A DNA stretch of 64,000 nucleotides from a virus (lineage: Duplodnaviria > Caudoviricetes), in IMG/VR virus record IMGVR_UViG_3300025961_000012, positions 13,109 through 77,108 of that record; one strand, 5' to 3'. Each line of letters opens with the position of its first letter. Within the stretch, counting starts at the first letter, position 1. The notes below the pieces were generated by a model. The model did not search any database and was not told the origin of the DNA. It was given only the letters and a program-made list of their open reading frames with translations. Positions 25,255 to 33,401 of the stretch are shown one piece after another. Position numbers and translations under genes: made by a program.

Positions 25255-25667
25255 AGGAGAAAACCGTTCTCGTTACTGGTTGCTTCGACGTGCTCCACCG
25301 CGGGCATATTGAGCTTTTGTATATCGCCGCCGAACACGGAAAAGTCGTTGTGGGCATCAATGACGACGAGAGTGTTCAAAAACTCAAGGGACCGAAAAGG
25401 CCCGTGAATAATGAGGAGGACAGGCTGTTTCTGATAGAAGCACTTGGCAGCGTGACCTACGGGTTCATCATTTTCGACGTGAAAGTGGACAAGGCGATCA
25501 TGGACATCAAGCCGGACATTTGGATGAAAGGCGGCGATTACACGATGGAAACTCTGAACAAGGACGAGGTTGAGGCTGCGCGGAATGTTGGAGCGGAGAT
25601 CATCATTATTCCAACGTGCAAGGGCTATTCGACAACCGAGACACTCAAGAAACTGGAGGCAGAATGA
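25251..25667 (+). CDS. RfaE/HldE domain II-like sugar-phosphate nucleotidyltransferase
   Basis: TGCFDVLHRGH (HxGH), VVGINDDESVQKLKGPKRPVN, IKPDIWMKGGDY, GYSTT. Confidence 0.85.
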   Translation: MKEKTVLVTGCFDVLHRGHIELLYIAAEHGKVVVGINDDESVQKLKGPKRPVNNEEDRLFLIEALGSVTYGFIIFDVKVDKAIMDIKPDIWMKGGDYTMETLNKDEVEAARNVGAEIIIIPTCKGYSTTETLKKLEAE

Positions 25668-26173
25668 GCGAAACAGCCAAACACCGCGATCAGGTCGCGG
25701 AATTCACTGTGGGCAACGGCGTGGACCTTGGATCTTCCGGCGACGGGATCGTGCCATGGGCCATCCAGGTTGACCTGCCGAGCGACGAATATCTCCGCTA
25801 CAACCCGAAGCGCCCGCAGGATGCGATACACTGGCGCGGCAGCGCGCTTCACCTGCCGTTTCAGGATCGGGTGCTCGACTTCGTGCATAGCTCTCATCTC
25901 CTCGAGGACTTTGAGGACTGGGGACCGATACTCAAGGAATGGGATCGGGTGCTGAAGGTCGGCGGTTACATGATCATCGCCGTGCCGGACCACGCCCGGT
26001 TCCGCGCGGCCGTTGCCCTCGGGCAAGGTGACAATCTCAATCACAAGCACGAGTCCCACGTCGGCGAGCTGCCAAAGTATCTTCACACCTACAGGACTCT
26101 CGTTGACCGGTTTGTGAGCAGCGACCCAAACGAGTATTCGATCCTCTATGTCGGCGTCAAAAATCCCGTATGA
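25664..26173 (+). CDS. Class I SAM-dependent methyltransferase (Methyltransf_11-like)
   Basis: VDLGSSG motif I, LPFQDRVLDFVHSSHLLED, EWDRVLKVGG; ATG at 25664. Confidence 0.8.
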   Translation: MSETAKHRDQVAEFTVGNGVDLGSSGDGIVPWAIQVDLPSDEYLRYNPKRPQDAIHWRGSALHLPFQDRVLDFVHSSHLLEDFEDWGPILKEWDRVLKVGGYMIIAVPDHARFRAAVALGQGDNLNHKHESHVGELPKYLHTYRTLVDRFVSSDPNEYSILYVGVKNPV

Positions 26174-26892
26174 AAGCACAAGTCATCACCGTCTCCAGCC
26201 ACGATCCCGTCCAGTCCTATTATCACTTCGGCGCCTTCAAAAAGAGCCTGGCGCGCTTCGGCGTTGAACCGACCATCCTTGGCCCGGGGGAACCATGGCG
26301 CGGCCTGATGACCAAACCGCGGCTTCTGCAAAAGTTTTTGAGCGAGAGCCGGCATAAAAGCGACAACATCATCGTGACTGACGCATGGGACATCATCTTC
26401 ACCGCGCATCCCGACGAGGTGTGGGCGGCGAAGGAGTTCGATGCACCGGACGCCGTCATGTTCAACGCCGAGATGGGTTGCTTCCCGCGGGCTGATCTGG
26501 CTGATCGATTCCCGGATCCGGGCACCCCTTACCGATTCCCGAACTCCGGGTTCATGGCGGGCACGGCGAGTCAAATCCTCGCAATCCTCGACAGCATGAA
26601 TCTGAATGCCATTCGGGACGACACGCAGGAGCCCGACGGATCATGGTTCAATCCGAACGATCAGGAGTATTACACGCTGGCGTTCCTCCAGCAGCCGGTG
26701 AAGATGGTTCTGGATACGCACGCGCGCGTTTGTCAGTCATTCTCTGGAAGTGCGCTCAGCGATTACGTCCTAGTCGATGAGGGTCGCGTCACAAACAAGC
26801 GTACGGGTTGCAAACCACTCGTTTGGCATTTCAACGGGAACTCGAAGAACGACATTTTGCCTGAACTCCTGAAGCACAACCACCTTGCATGA
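26170..26892 (+). CDS. GT-A glycosyltransferase resembling the procollagen lysyl hydroxylase (PLOD/LH3) GT domain
   Basis: IVTDAWDIIF, MFNAE.GCFP, RFPNSGFMAG, DQEYY, LD...CQ, HFNG motif series. Confidence 0.75.
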   Translation: MKAQVITVSSHDPVQSYYHFGAFKKSLARFGVEPTILGPGEPWRGLMTKPRLLQKFLSESRHKSDNIIVTDAWDIIFTAHPDEVWAAKEFDAPDAVMFNAEMGCFPRADLADRFPDPGTPYRFPNSGFMAGTASQILAILDSMNLNAIRDDTQEPDGSWFNPNDQEYYTLAFLQQPVKMVLDTHARVCQSFSGSALSDYVLVDEGRVTNKRTGCKPLVWHFNGNSKNDILPELLKHNHLA

Positions 26893-27428
26893 ACCTCCTC
26901 ACGCTCACTGGTAAAATCAACGTCCAGGGCTTCCTCCACGAAGCCGAGATGGAAAAGCTTGTCGAGCTGGGCATCAACAAGGACGTGCTCGAGGTGGGCA
27001 GCTTCATGGGCCTGTCGGCCTACTGCTTTGCCATCGCCGCCAAGAGCGTCATGTGCGTGGACACGTTTTCCGCCAACACAGCCGGCCAGCAGCAGATGGA
27101 GACACTTCAGACGCTCGCCGCGTTCGACGAAGCCGTCGCCAGGTTCGCCAACGTGAAACGCTTCGTCGGGACGTCCGAACGGGCGGCAGGGTTTTACGGC
27201 ATCCCGGGTCAGTTCGATCTCGTGTTCCTCGACGCCATGCACACCTATGAGGACGTCAAAGCAGACATCGATCGCTGGTGGCCGCGGGTTCGTAACGGCG
27301 GGACGATGGCCTTTCACGACTATCGGCACGACCATTTCCCAGGCGTCGAAAAGGCGGTCGACGAGAAGTTTGGACCGGCGCCCGACGGCACGACGATTGG
27401 AACCTTGAGGTGGATCGAGAAAAAGTGA
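26889..27428 (+). CDS. Class I SAM-dependent methyltransferase (Methyltransf_24-like)
   Basis: VLEVGSFMGLS, FDLVFLDAMHTYEDVKAD...W..V..GG..AFHDY. Confidence 0.85.
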   Translation: MNLLTLTGKINVQGFLHEAEMEKLVELGINKDVLEVGSFMGLSAYCFAIAAKSVMCVDTFSANTAGQQQMETLQTLAAFDEAVARFANVKRFVGTSERAAGFYGIPGQFDLVFLDAMHTYEDVKADIDRWWPRVRNGGTMAFHDYRHDHFPGVEKAVDEKFGPAPDGTTIGTLRWIEKK

Positions 27429-27440
27429 CAGTGTGGCAGG

Positions 27441-28919
27441 GTGAAAGCGCCGATTTGCCTGATCACGCCACCGTCTTGCTTCCTCATGGATGAGCGGGTT
27501 TTCGTGTCGCTGGGTATACTGAAAGTGGCCGCCTGTCTGGAACAGGCCGGGCATCCCGTTGAGATGGTGGACCTGTCCGGCATCCAGAATTTCGAAGATT
27601 GCATGCGCGATCACGCCGGCCAAAGCCCTTGTTCAACGTTTGGGATCACCGCCACCACGCCCCAGATGCCCGCGGTAATGAAGATCGCGACGGCAATTCG
27701 AGCGACTCGCCCGGACGTTCGAATCATCCTCGGAGGCCCCCATGTCACGCTCGTCAACGCTGCGCTCAAGCGCGAGCGCAAGATTGGCGCCCAAGGCAGG
27801 GCGACGCGCGCGTTCGCGAAGTTGCTCGAGGCGTTCGACGTGCTGGTTTGCGGGGACGGCGAGGACGCCATTTTCGCCGCAATTGTTCCCGAGCCAGAAA
27901 AGGTCATCGACGCGGACGATCCGAAATCGGCGCTCTGGATGACAAACGACCGGCTCAACGAGCTTCCGTTCCCGGCCCGGCATCTGGTGGACATGAGCAG
28001 TTATCACTACACCATCGAAGGAGAGCGTAGCTTGAGCCTTATCGCGCAATTAGGGTGTCCGTTTTGCTGCACGTTCTGCGGCGGCCGCGAATCGCCGATG
28101 CTGCGCAGGATCCGCACGCGCACCACGGAGAACATCATCAAAGAGGTTTTGCACCTGCACCAAGACTACGGCGCCCGCGGGTTCATGTTCTATGACGACG
28201 AATTGAACGTGAACCCCAGCATGATCGAACTCATGCACGGGCTGCGGTTCGCCCAGGACCTGGCTCAAGGAGAGTTCAAGATGCGCGGGTTCATCAAATC
28301 CCAGCTTTTCACGGACGAACAGGCGGATGCGATGTATGGCGCCGGGTTCCGCTGGATCCTCGTCGGGTTCGAGAGCGGGTCCGAGCGCATCCTGACGAAC
28401 ATCAAAAAGAAGGCGAACCGGGCGGAGAACACCCGCTGCATGGAAATCGCCAAACGGCACGGGCTGAAGGTCAAGGCGCTGATGTCAGTCGGGCACGCTG
28501 GCGAGAGCGAAGAGACGATCGAGGAAACCCGGCAGTGGTTGCTCGAGGTGAAGCCCGACGACTTCGACGCGACGGTCATCTCGGTTTATGCTGGCACCCC
28601 GTACCATGACTTCGCGCGAGAGACCAAGCCGAACATCTGGACCTACACGAGCGAGAACGGGGACCGCTTGCACAGCTTCGAGATGGATTACTCCGAGGAC
28701 GCCGGTTACTACAAAGGCAAAATCGGAGAGTATCAGTCCTACGTGTTCACCGATTTTCTGAGCCCGGAGCGGCTCGTCGAGCTGCGAGACAATCTGGAGA
28801 CGAGCGTGCGCGAGAAGCTCGGGATTCCATTCAACCAGTCGGCGGCGTCGATACAATACGAACATTCGATGGGTCAGCCCGGCAACCTTCCCCGCCACAT
28901 TCTCAGACGTAGCGCATGA
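27441..28919 (+). CDS. Cobalamin (B12)-binding radical SAM enzyme (class B methyltransferase-like)
   Basis: N-terminal B12-binding domain (SLGILKVAA, GITATT, IILGGPHVT, GDGE), GCPFCCTFC CxxxCxxC, FYDDELN, VGFESGSERIL. Confidence 0.9.
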   Translation: MKAPICLITPPSCFLMDERVFVSLGILKVAACLEQAGHPVEMVDLSGIQNFEDCMRDHAGQSPCSTFGITATTPQMPAVMKIATAIRATRPDVRIILGGPHVTLVNAALKRERKIGAQGRATRAFAKLLEAFDVLVCGDGEDAIFAAIVPEPEKVIDADDPKSALWMTNDRLNELPFPARHLVDMSSYHYTIEGERSLSLIAQLGCPFCCTFCGGRESPMLRRIRTRTTENIIKEVLHLHQDYGARGFMFYDDELNVNPSMIELMHGLRFAQDLAQGEFKMRGFIKSQLFTDEQADAMYGAGFRWILVGFESGSERILTNIKKKANRAENTRCMEIAKRHGLKVKALMSVGHAGESEETIEETRQWLLEVKPDDFDATVISVYAGTPYHDFARETKPNIWTYTSENGDRLHSFEMDYSEDAGYYKGKIGEYQSYVFTDFLSPERLVELRDNLETSVREKLGIPFNQSAASIQYEHSMGQPGNLPRHILRRSA

Positions 28920-29908
28920 AAATCGGAATCTTTCTATCAAGCCTAGGCGGAAGCCCCCTGCAGGCCGGGCTGGAGCGTGGGTTTGTCCAGTTGGGGCATG
29001 AATTGGTGGACGGCGGGAAGCCGTGCGATCTGCTCGTTGTTTTCAATCAAACAGCTCATGATCCGTCGTATTGCTACCCCGGCTTTCCGGACCATACCGG
29101 GCCGATGGCGTTCATCGACTGCGCGGAGTATGGGTATTTCAGGCGACTGCCAGGCATCGTTGGCCATTATTGGAACGCATTCGCCGCGGGCTCAATGGTT
29201 CACGACACGAAGAACGTCGTGCAGCAGACACGGTTGAAGAACTGGCTCGAGGGAAGGAGCTTCCCTTACTTCATTCGCGAGTTCAGCAAGCACGTCGTTT
29301 TCCCGATCAACTATCACCCGATCGATTACCCGCTTTATTACCACAGCGAATGCCACCAGAAGCCGGACCGCGAGGAGTATTTGAAGCGCGAACTCGACCT
29401 GTTCGTGAGCTGGGGGGCGAGTCATCCCTGGCGGATGCAGATCACGCAGGCGCTGCGGGATTGCCACACGCGCTGCGAAATCTTGGTCCTCGAGGAGAAC
29501 GGGACGCCGCGGATGCGGCAGCGTGATTTCTTCCAGCGCACGCGCGCGGCGAAGTGCTCGGTGTCGTTCGACGGTTACGGGTCGTCGTCCTTCCGGCTGC
29601 ACGAGGTGCTTGTGCGATGCCTGCTGTTGGCCGGACCCATGAGCATTGACCGTTACGCCCCGCTGGTGGACGGGGTGCATTTCATGGAATACGCGGTCGA
29701 TGCGGTCGGCGAGGATTTCGTTGGGACGAACGTGTGCAAGGTGCTTCGGCAGGCGCTGGCGGACCCGGAGGGAAGCTTTCGGATGTACGACGCGGGTTAC
29801 AGACATTGCATGGAGCACTACACCGAAAAGGCGACCGCCGAATACGTCCTGCGCACCGTCGAGGCGCACGACTGGACGAAGGTAACGCCGCTTGACAATC
29901 CTGCGTGA
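28916..29908 (+). CDS. GT-B glycosyltransferase-like protein (CgeB/Glyco_trans_1_2-like)
   Basis: RELDLF.SWG.SHPWR, FFQRTRAAKCSVSFDGYG..SFRLHEVL, PLVDGVHFMEY, YRHCMEHYT. Confidence 0.7.
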   Translation: MKIGIFLSSLGGSPLQAGLERGFVQLGHELVDGGKPCDLLVVFNQTAHDPSYCYPGFPDHTGPMAFIDCAEYGYFRRLPGIVGHYWNAFAAGSMVHDTKNVVQQTRLKNWLEGRSFPYFIREFSKHVVFPINYHPIDYPLYYHSECHQKPDREEYLKRELDLFVSWGASHPWRMQITQALRDCHTRCEILVLEENGTPRMRQRDFFQRTRAAKCSVSFDGYGSSSFRLHEVLVRCLLLAGPMSIDRYAPLVDGVHFMEYAVDAVGEDFVGTNVCKVLRQALADPEGSFRMYDAGYRHCMEHYTEKATAEYVLRTVEAHDWTKVTPLDNPA

Positions 29909-29920
29909 GCGCGGCAGCGT
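29888..29920 (+). promoter_or_regulatory. CCGCTTGACAA-N16-CAGCGT promoter, leaderless to ATG 29928
   Basis: TTGACA 29892-29897, 17-bp spacer, CAGCGT 29915-29920, ATG 7 nt later. Confidence 0.75.
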
Positions 29921-29927
29921 CACAGCC

Positions 29928-30206
29928 ATGAACGACGCGACGGACGAAGCTCCGATTCCATCCCTCCCGATTCTTTCCGAAGAAGAAACGTTGAAGCAAC
30001 CTCGTCAATACCTGAGCCGCTATTGCCCGTCGTGTGGATTCAAGGGTTGTTTCCGCGTCCCTGACGGTCTTTATCTCATAGCGGCACAACTCCACTGTGA
30101 GAGATGCGGACGATCCACTCGCGCCAAACTTAAATGGGACACGGGTTTGCTTCGCAGGATCTGGTGGTGGATCCGATGCCGCCATACCCGAATCAATTTA
30201 GGATGA
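29928..30206 (+). CDS. Small Zn-ribbon protein (CPSC...CERC)
   Basis: Start set by the promoter spacing; coupled to the GT4 gene. Confidence 0.65.
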   Translation: MNDATDEAPIPSLPILSEEETLKQPRQYLSRYCPSCGFKGCFRVPDGLYLIAAQLHCERCGRSTRAKLKWDTGLLRRIWWWIRCRHTRINLG

Positions 30207-31255
30207 AACGCCTCACGTTGGTTGCCAGCATCGACAACGCGACCGGCTACGGTCTGCACGCGATCCAGATCGTGCGCGACATCGAGCGGTTGACAGGCGC
30301 GCACGTTGCCATCCGGCCGATCCAGCAGAAGCAGATGTTTGGATCGAACATCCCGACCGACATTCGGCAGCGGTTCGTCAACGGCCCGCAGCCCGAAGAG
30401 TGGGAGCTTGTCCTGTCGCCACCATACTTCCGACCGACGCCCGGGAAGAAAACCGCCTACTTTTCGATGTGGGAAGCGACACGGCTCCCTCCCGGCGGCG
30501 CCGCGGTCCTGAACCTCGCCGAGATCGTCATCGTGCCGACGTCCTGGGGCGCCTCGTGCTTCTCGGCGTCAGGCGTGGATCGTACGATGAGGATCGTGCC
30601 GCTGGGCATCGACGACAAGGTTTTCCACTTTCGCGCGCAGAGCTTGGCCAGCGAGCCTGCGAAGGCTGGAGTGCGCGCCGTGTTCGGGACTGCCGGCCGC
30701 ATGTCCCACGGCGGGATCCGAAAGGGCATCAACGAGGTAATCGACCTGTTCCAGCGTGCGTTCCCGACGGAGGGCGACGTCCTGTTGCGCGTGAAAGTTC
30801 ACCCTGACTGCCCGGTGACGCGACTGTCCGACCCGCGCATCGAGATCAAAGCAGCGCACCTGCCCGACGAGCAGCTCGCCGACTGGTTCTCGGCGCTGAC
30901 GTGCTTCGTATCGGGCGCCCGCGGCGAGGGCTGGGGGCTGTTCCAACAGCAGGCGATGGCCACCGGGCGCCCGGTCGTCGCCGCGCGCTTTGCCGGCCTG
31001 GCCGACTTCCTGACGCCGGATAACGGTTTCTGTGTGCCGTTCGTCCTCGGGGCGGCAGAACAGGCGTACGCGGGCTGCGGGCACTGGGCATGGCCGTCTG
31101 ACCAAGGGTTCATCGAGGCGATGCGCACGATCTATCGCGAGCCGCACCTCGCCGCGGCCAAAGGCGCCCAGGCGTCGAAGGACGTCGCGCACCTGACGTG
31201 GGAGAACTCGAACCTACGGTTGATTGATGTATTACAAGAAGTGGGGGCACTATGA
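30203..31255 (+). CDS. GT4 family glycosyltransferase
   Basis: MWEAT, IVPLGID, RKGINEVI, FVSGARGEGWGL..QQAMATGRPVV; start MKRLTL at 30203. Confidence 0.9.
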   Translation: MKRLTLVASIDNATGYGLHAIQIVRDIERLTGAHVAIRPIQQKQMFGSNIPTDIRQRFVNGPQPEEWELVLSPPYFRPTPGKKTAYFSMWEATRLPPGGAAVLNLAEIVIVPTSWGASCFSASGVDRTMRIVPLGIDDKVFHFRAQSLASEPAKAGVRAVFGTAGRMSHGGIRKGINEVIDLFQRAFPTEGDVLLRVKVHPDCPVTRLSDPRIEIKAAHLPDEQLADWFSALTCFVSGARGEGWGLFQQQAMATGRPVVAARFAGLADFLTPDNGFCVPFVLGAAEQAYAGCGHWAWPSDQGFIEAMRTIYREPHLAAAKGAQASKDVAHLTWENSNLRLIDVLQEVGAL

Positions 31256-31566
31256 CCAGTTTCATTGACGGTCCCGCGAAAGGTCAGCATTTGATGCTGA
31301 AGCGGGCGGCGCGGTTCATTCGCGTCGTCGATGAGGTTGGCAAGTGGGACGCCCTCGATCAGCCGGAAGACACGCCAAAGGCGACGGAGAAGATTTACGC
31401 CTACCAGGTTCACGGCGATGTCAGAGCCTGCCACATCAATAGAGGCGGAGGTCGGGGCGGGTTTTATCCAATCGCGGAGTATCGTTTTATCGTCGATCAG
31501 CCGGACGATGCGACGATGCGCGACGCTGATCGATGGCGGGCTTGGTGTGAAGCCCGAAAACCTTGA
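31252..31566 (+). CDS. Hypothetical protein (104 aa)
   Basis: FIDGPAKG N-terminus; coupled to the GT4 stop. Confidence 0.75.
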   Translation: MTSFIDGPAKGQHLMLKRAARFIRVVDEVGKWDALDQPEDTPKATEKIYAYQVHGDVRACHINRGGGRGGFYPIAEYRFIVDQPDDATMRDADRWRAWCEARKP

Positions 31567-31569
31567 TGC

Positions 31570-31824
31570 TTGCCTCAGAGCCCGTTCGGCGGTAGTACGG
31601 GCGCAATGGCCGCCACCATTCCGCCGAAACCCTCAGAGTTTGCTGCCGTCGTGGTTGAACCCACGGACACGCTCGCCGTGGCGTTCGTCAAAGTCTTCAT
31701 CCGCTTCCCGGTCTTGCTGTTGCGCTGGTACATGGCCTGGTACAATGCCGACGGCTCGTTCACGACCGAGTTCAAGACGAAACTCTGTGCCGGATGGGCT
31801 GATTGCCCGGAGGAAACCGCCTGA
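31570..31824 (+). CDS. Small protein paralogous to the N-terminal domain of the next gene
   Basis: WYMAWYNADGSFTTEFKTKLC vs WYSYVYNEDLSFTDDFKADLC. Confidence 0.7.
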   Translation: MPQSPFGGSTGAMAATIPPKPSEFAAVVVEPTDTLAVAFVKVFIRFPVLLLRWYMAWYNADGSFTTEFKTKLCAGWADCPEETA

Positions 31825-33401
31825 TGCCTACGCCAGTTTCGCCGTCTGAAATTAAATCCACTATCCCGTCCGCGAGCGGCAGCTTTTGCGCGAAGTTCCT
31901 TCAGGTGCTGCAACTCCCGAAACTGTTTTCGACCTGGTACAGCTACGTTTACAACGAGGATCTGTCCTTCACGGATGACTTCAAAGCCGATCTCTGTCTC
32001 GTGCGATGCACATGCAGCGGCGGGGGCAGCACTCCGCCCGACGGTGGCGTCCCTGGCGGACCGATCGCGCCGACCAACGTTCAGGCCACGGACGGCGCAT
32101 TCAGCACGAAGGTCGTCGTCACATGGAATTCGGTGACGGCCGCCACGAGCTACGAGATCTTGCGCGGTACAGTGAACGATTTCTCGATGGCGACCGTCAT
32201 CGGCACGACGACGGGCAATCTGGTGGTGACTTTCGAGGACACGGCCGTCACGGAGGCGCAGGTCTACTACTACTGGGTGCGCGCGTATAACGGCACGCTC
32301 CGCGGGGCGTCCAGTTCTCCGGATACCGGCTACGCTGTCGGCGCTTTGTCAGCGGTCACGGATCTCAAGGCCAGCCGCGGGTTCTACCAGTCGACCGTGA
32401 CTGGGCTCACGACCGGGACAGGCACGATCGCGCTCGTGTTCACGGCCGCTTCTGGCGCCAATGCCTACGACATCTATCGCGGCACTACCAACGTGTTCTC
32501 GGCGGCAACGAAGATCGATTCGAACCGAATGCCGTTCGATACTTCCAGGAAGACAACGCAATGCGTTCCTACCCCATGCACAAGTCCGATTTTCGTGAAT
32601 AACGGCGGGCATTTGTTGTATTACGACAAACCGGCGAGCATCGCCCAAAAGTATTACTACTGGGTCGTCGCCAAGATGGTTTCCGGGTCAATCGTGCAGT
32701 CGGTTTCTGAGGCTTCGAACACTGCGTATGGCTGGATCGTCCTCGACAGCACGGCCGGCACGCAGGTTCTGGGCTACGACATCGTTGCCCATGCCTCGCC
32801 CGTCCCGAACTCGAGGACAAGGGCCTACGTCGTCCTTGTTGGGCCAACGGCCGGCGGCGCCGGCGGCAACGACTCGTTTGGGGGTGGTGGTGGCGGCGGC
32901 GGGGCGATCATCGCTGGCTACTTCAACATGGTGGCGGGCCCCAACCGTCGCTGGAAAATGATCACGAGTTCGGTCGCCGGCGGGGCGTCGGCAGCCAACG
33001 GGACCGATTCGATCGTCGCTGAACTTCAATATGACGACGGCGGCGGCATTTTTGCCACAATCCTGGACACCTCGATTGCCGGCAAAGGTCTGTGGAATGC
33101 CGGTGGCGGCGGCGCCGGCGGCGCCGGGTCAGTCGGCTCTGTAATCGGAGCGGTGACCGATCCCGAGACCGAGCCCGGGTTCGCGGGGGAAGCCGCGTCC
33201 GGAACGTTTGGCGGCCGCGGCGGATGCGATTTCGGGTTCCTGCGGTCAAACCCTCACAACTTCCCGAACGCGTTCAACATCACCACGGAGACGACCAGGT
33301 TAACCCAGGGCGGCGGCGGTTCGGATGCGCTGCCTGGCGCCGGGGCCTCCGCCGATGGCGGCATCGGGTCGACCGGTTACGCAATCATCGTCTATTTCTG
33401 A
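31824..33401 (+). CDS. FN3-domain and glycine-rich tail fibre-like protein
   Basis: Two FN3-like repeats (APTNVQAT...VTWNSV..ATSYEILR...YYYWVRAYN) and a Gly-rich C-terminal domain; ATG at 31824. Confidence 0.75.
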   Translation: MPTPVSPSEIKSTIPSASGSFCAKFLQVLQLPKLFSTWYSYVYNEDLSFTDDFKADLCLVRCTCSGGGSTPPDGGVPGGPIAPTNVQATDGAFSTKVVVTWNSVTAATSYEILRGTVNDFSMATVIGTTTGNLVVTFEDTAVTEAQVYYYWVRAYNGTLRGASSSPDTGYAVGALSAVTDLKASRGFYQSTVTGLTTGTGTIALVFTAASGANAYDIYRGTTNVFSAATKIDSNRMPFDTSRKTTQCVPTPCTSPIFVNNGGHLLYYDKPASIAQKYYYWVVAKMVSGSIVQSVSEASNTAYGWIVLDSTAGTQVLGYDIVAHASPVPNSRTRAYVVLVGPTAGGAGGNDSFGGGGGGGGAIIAGYFNMVAGPNRRWKMITSSVAGGASAANGTDSIVAELQYDDGGGIFATILDTSIAGKGLWNAGGGGAGGAGSVGSVIGAVTDPETEPGFAGEAASGTFGGRGGCDFGFLRSNPHNFPNAFNITTETTRLTQGGGGSDALPGAGASADGGIGSTGYAIIVYF

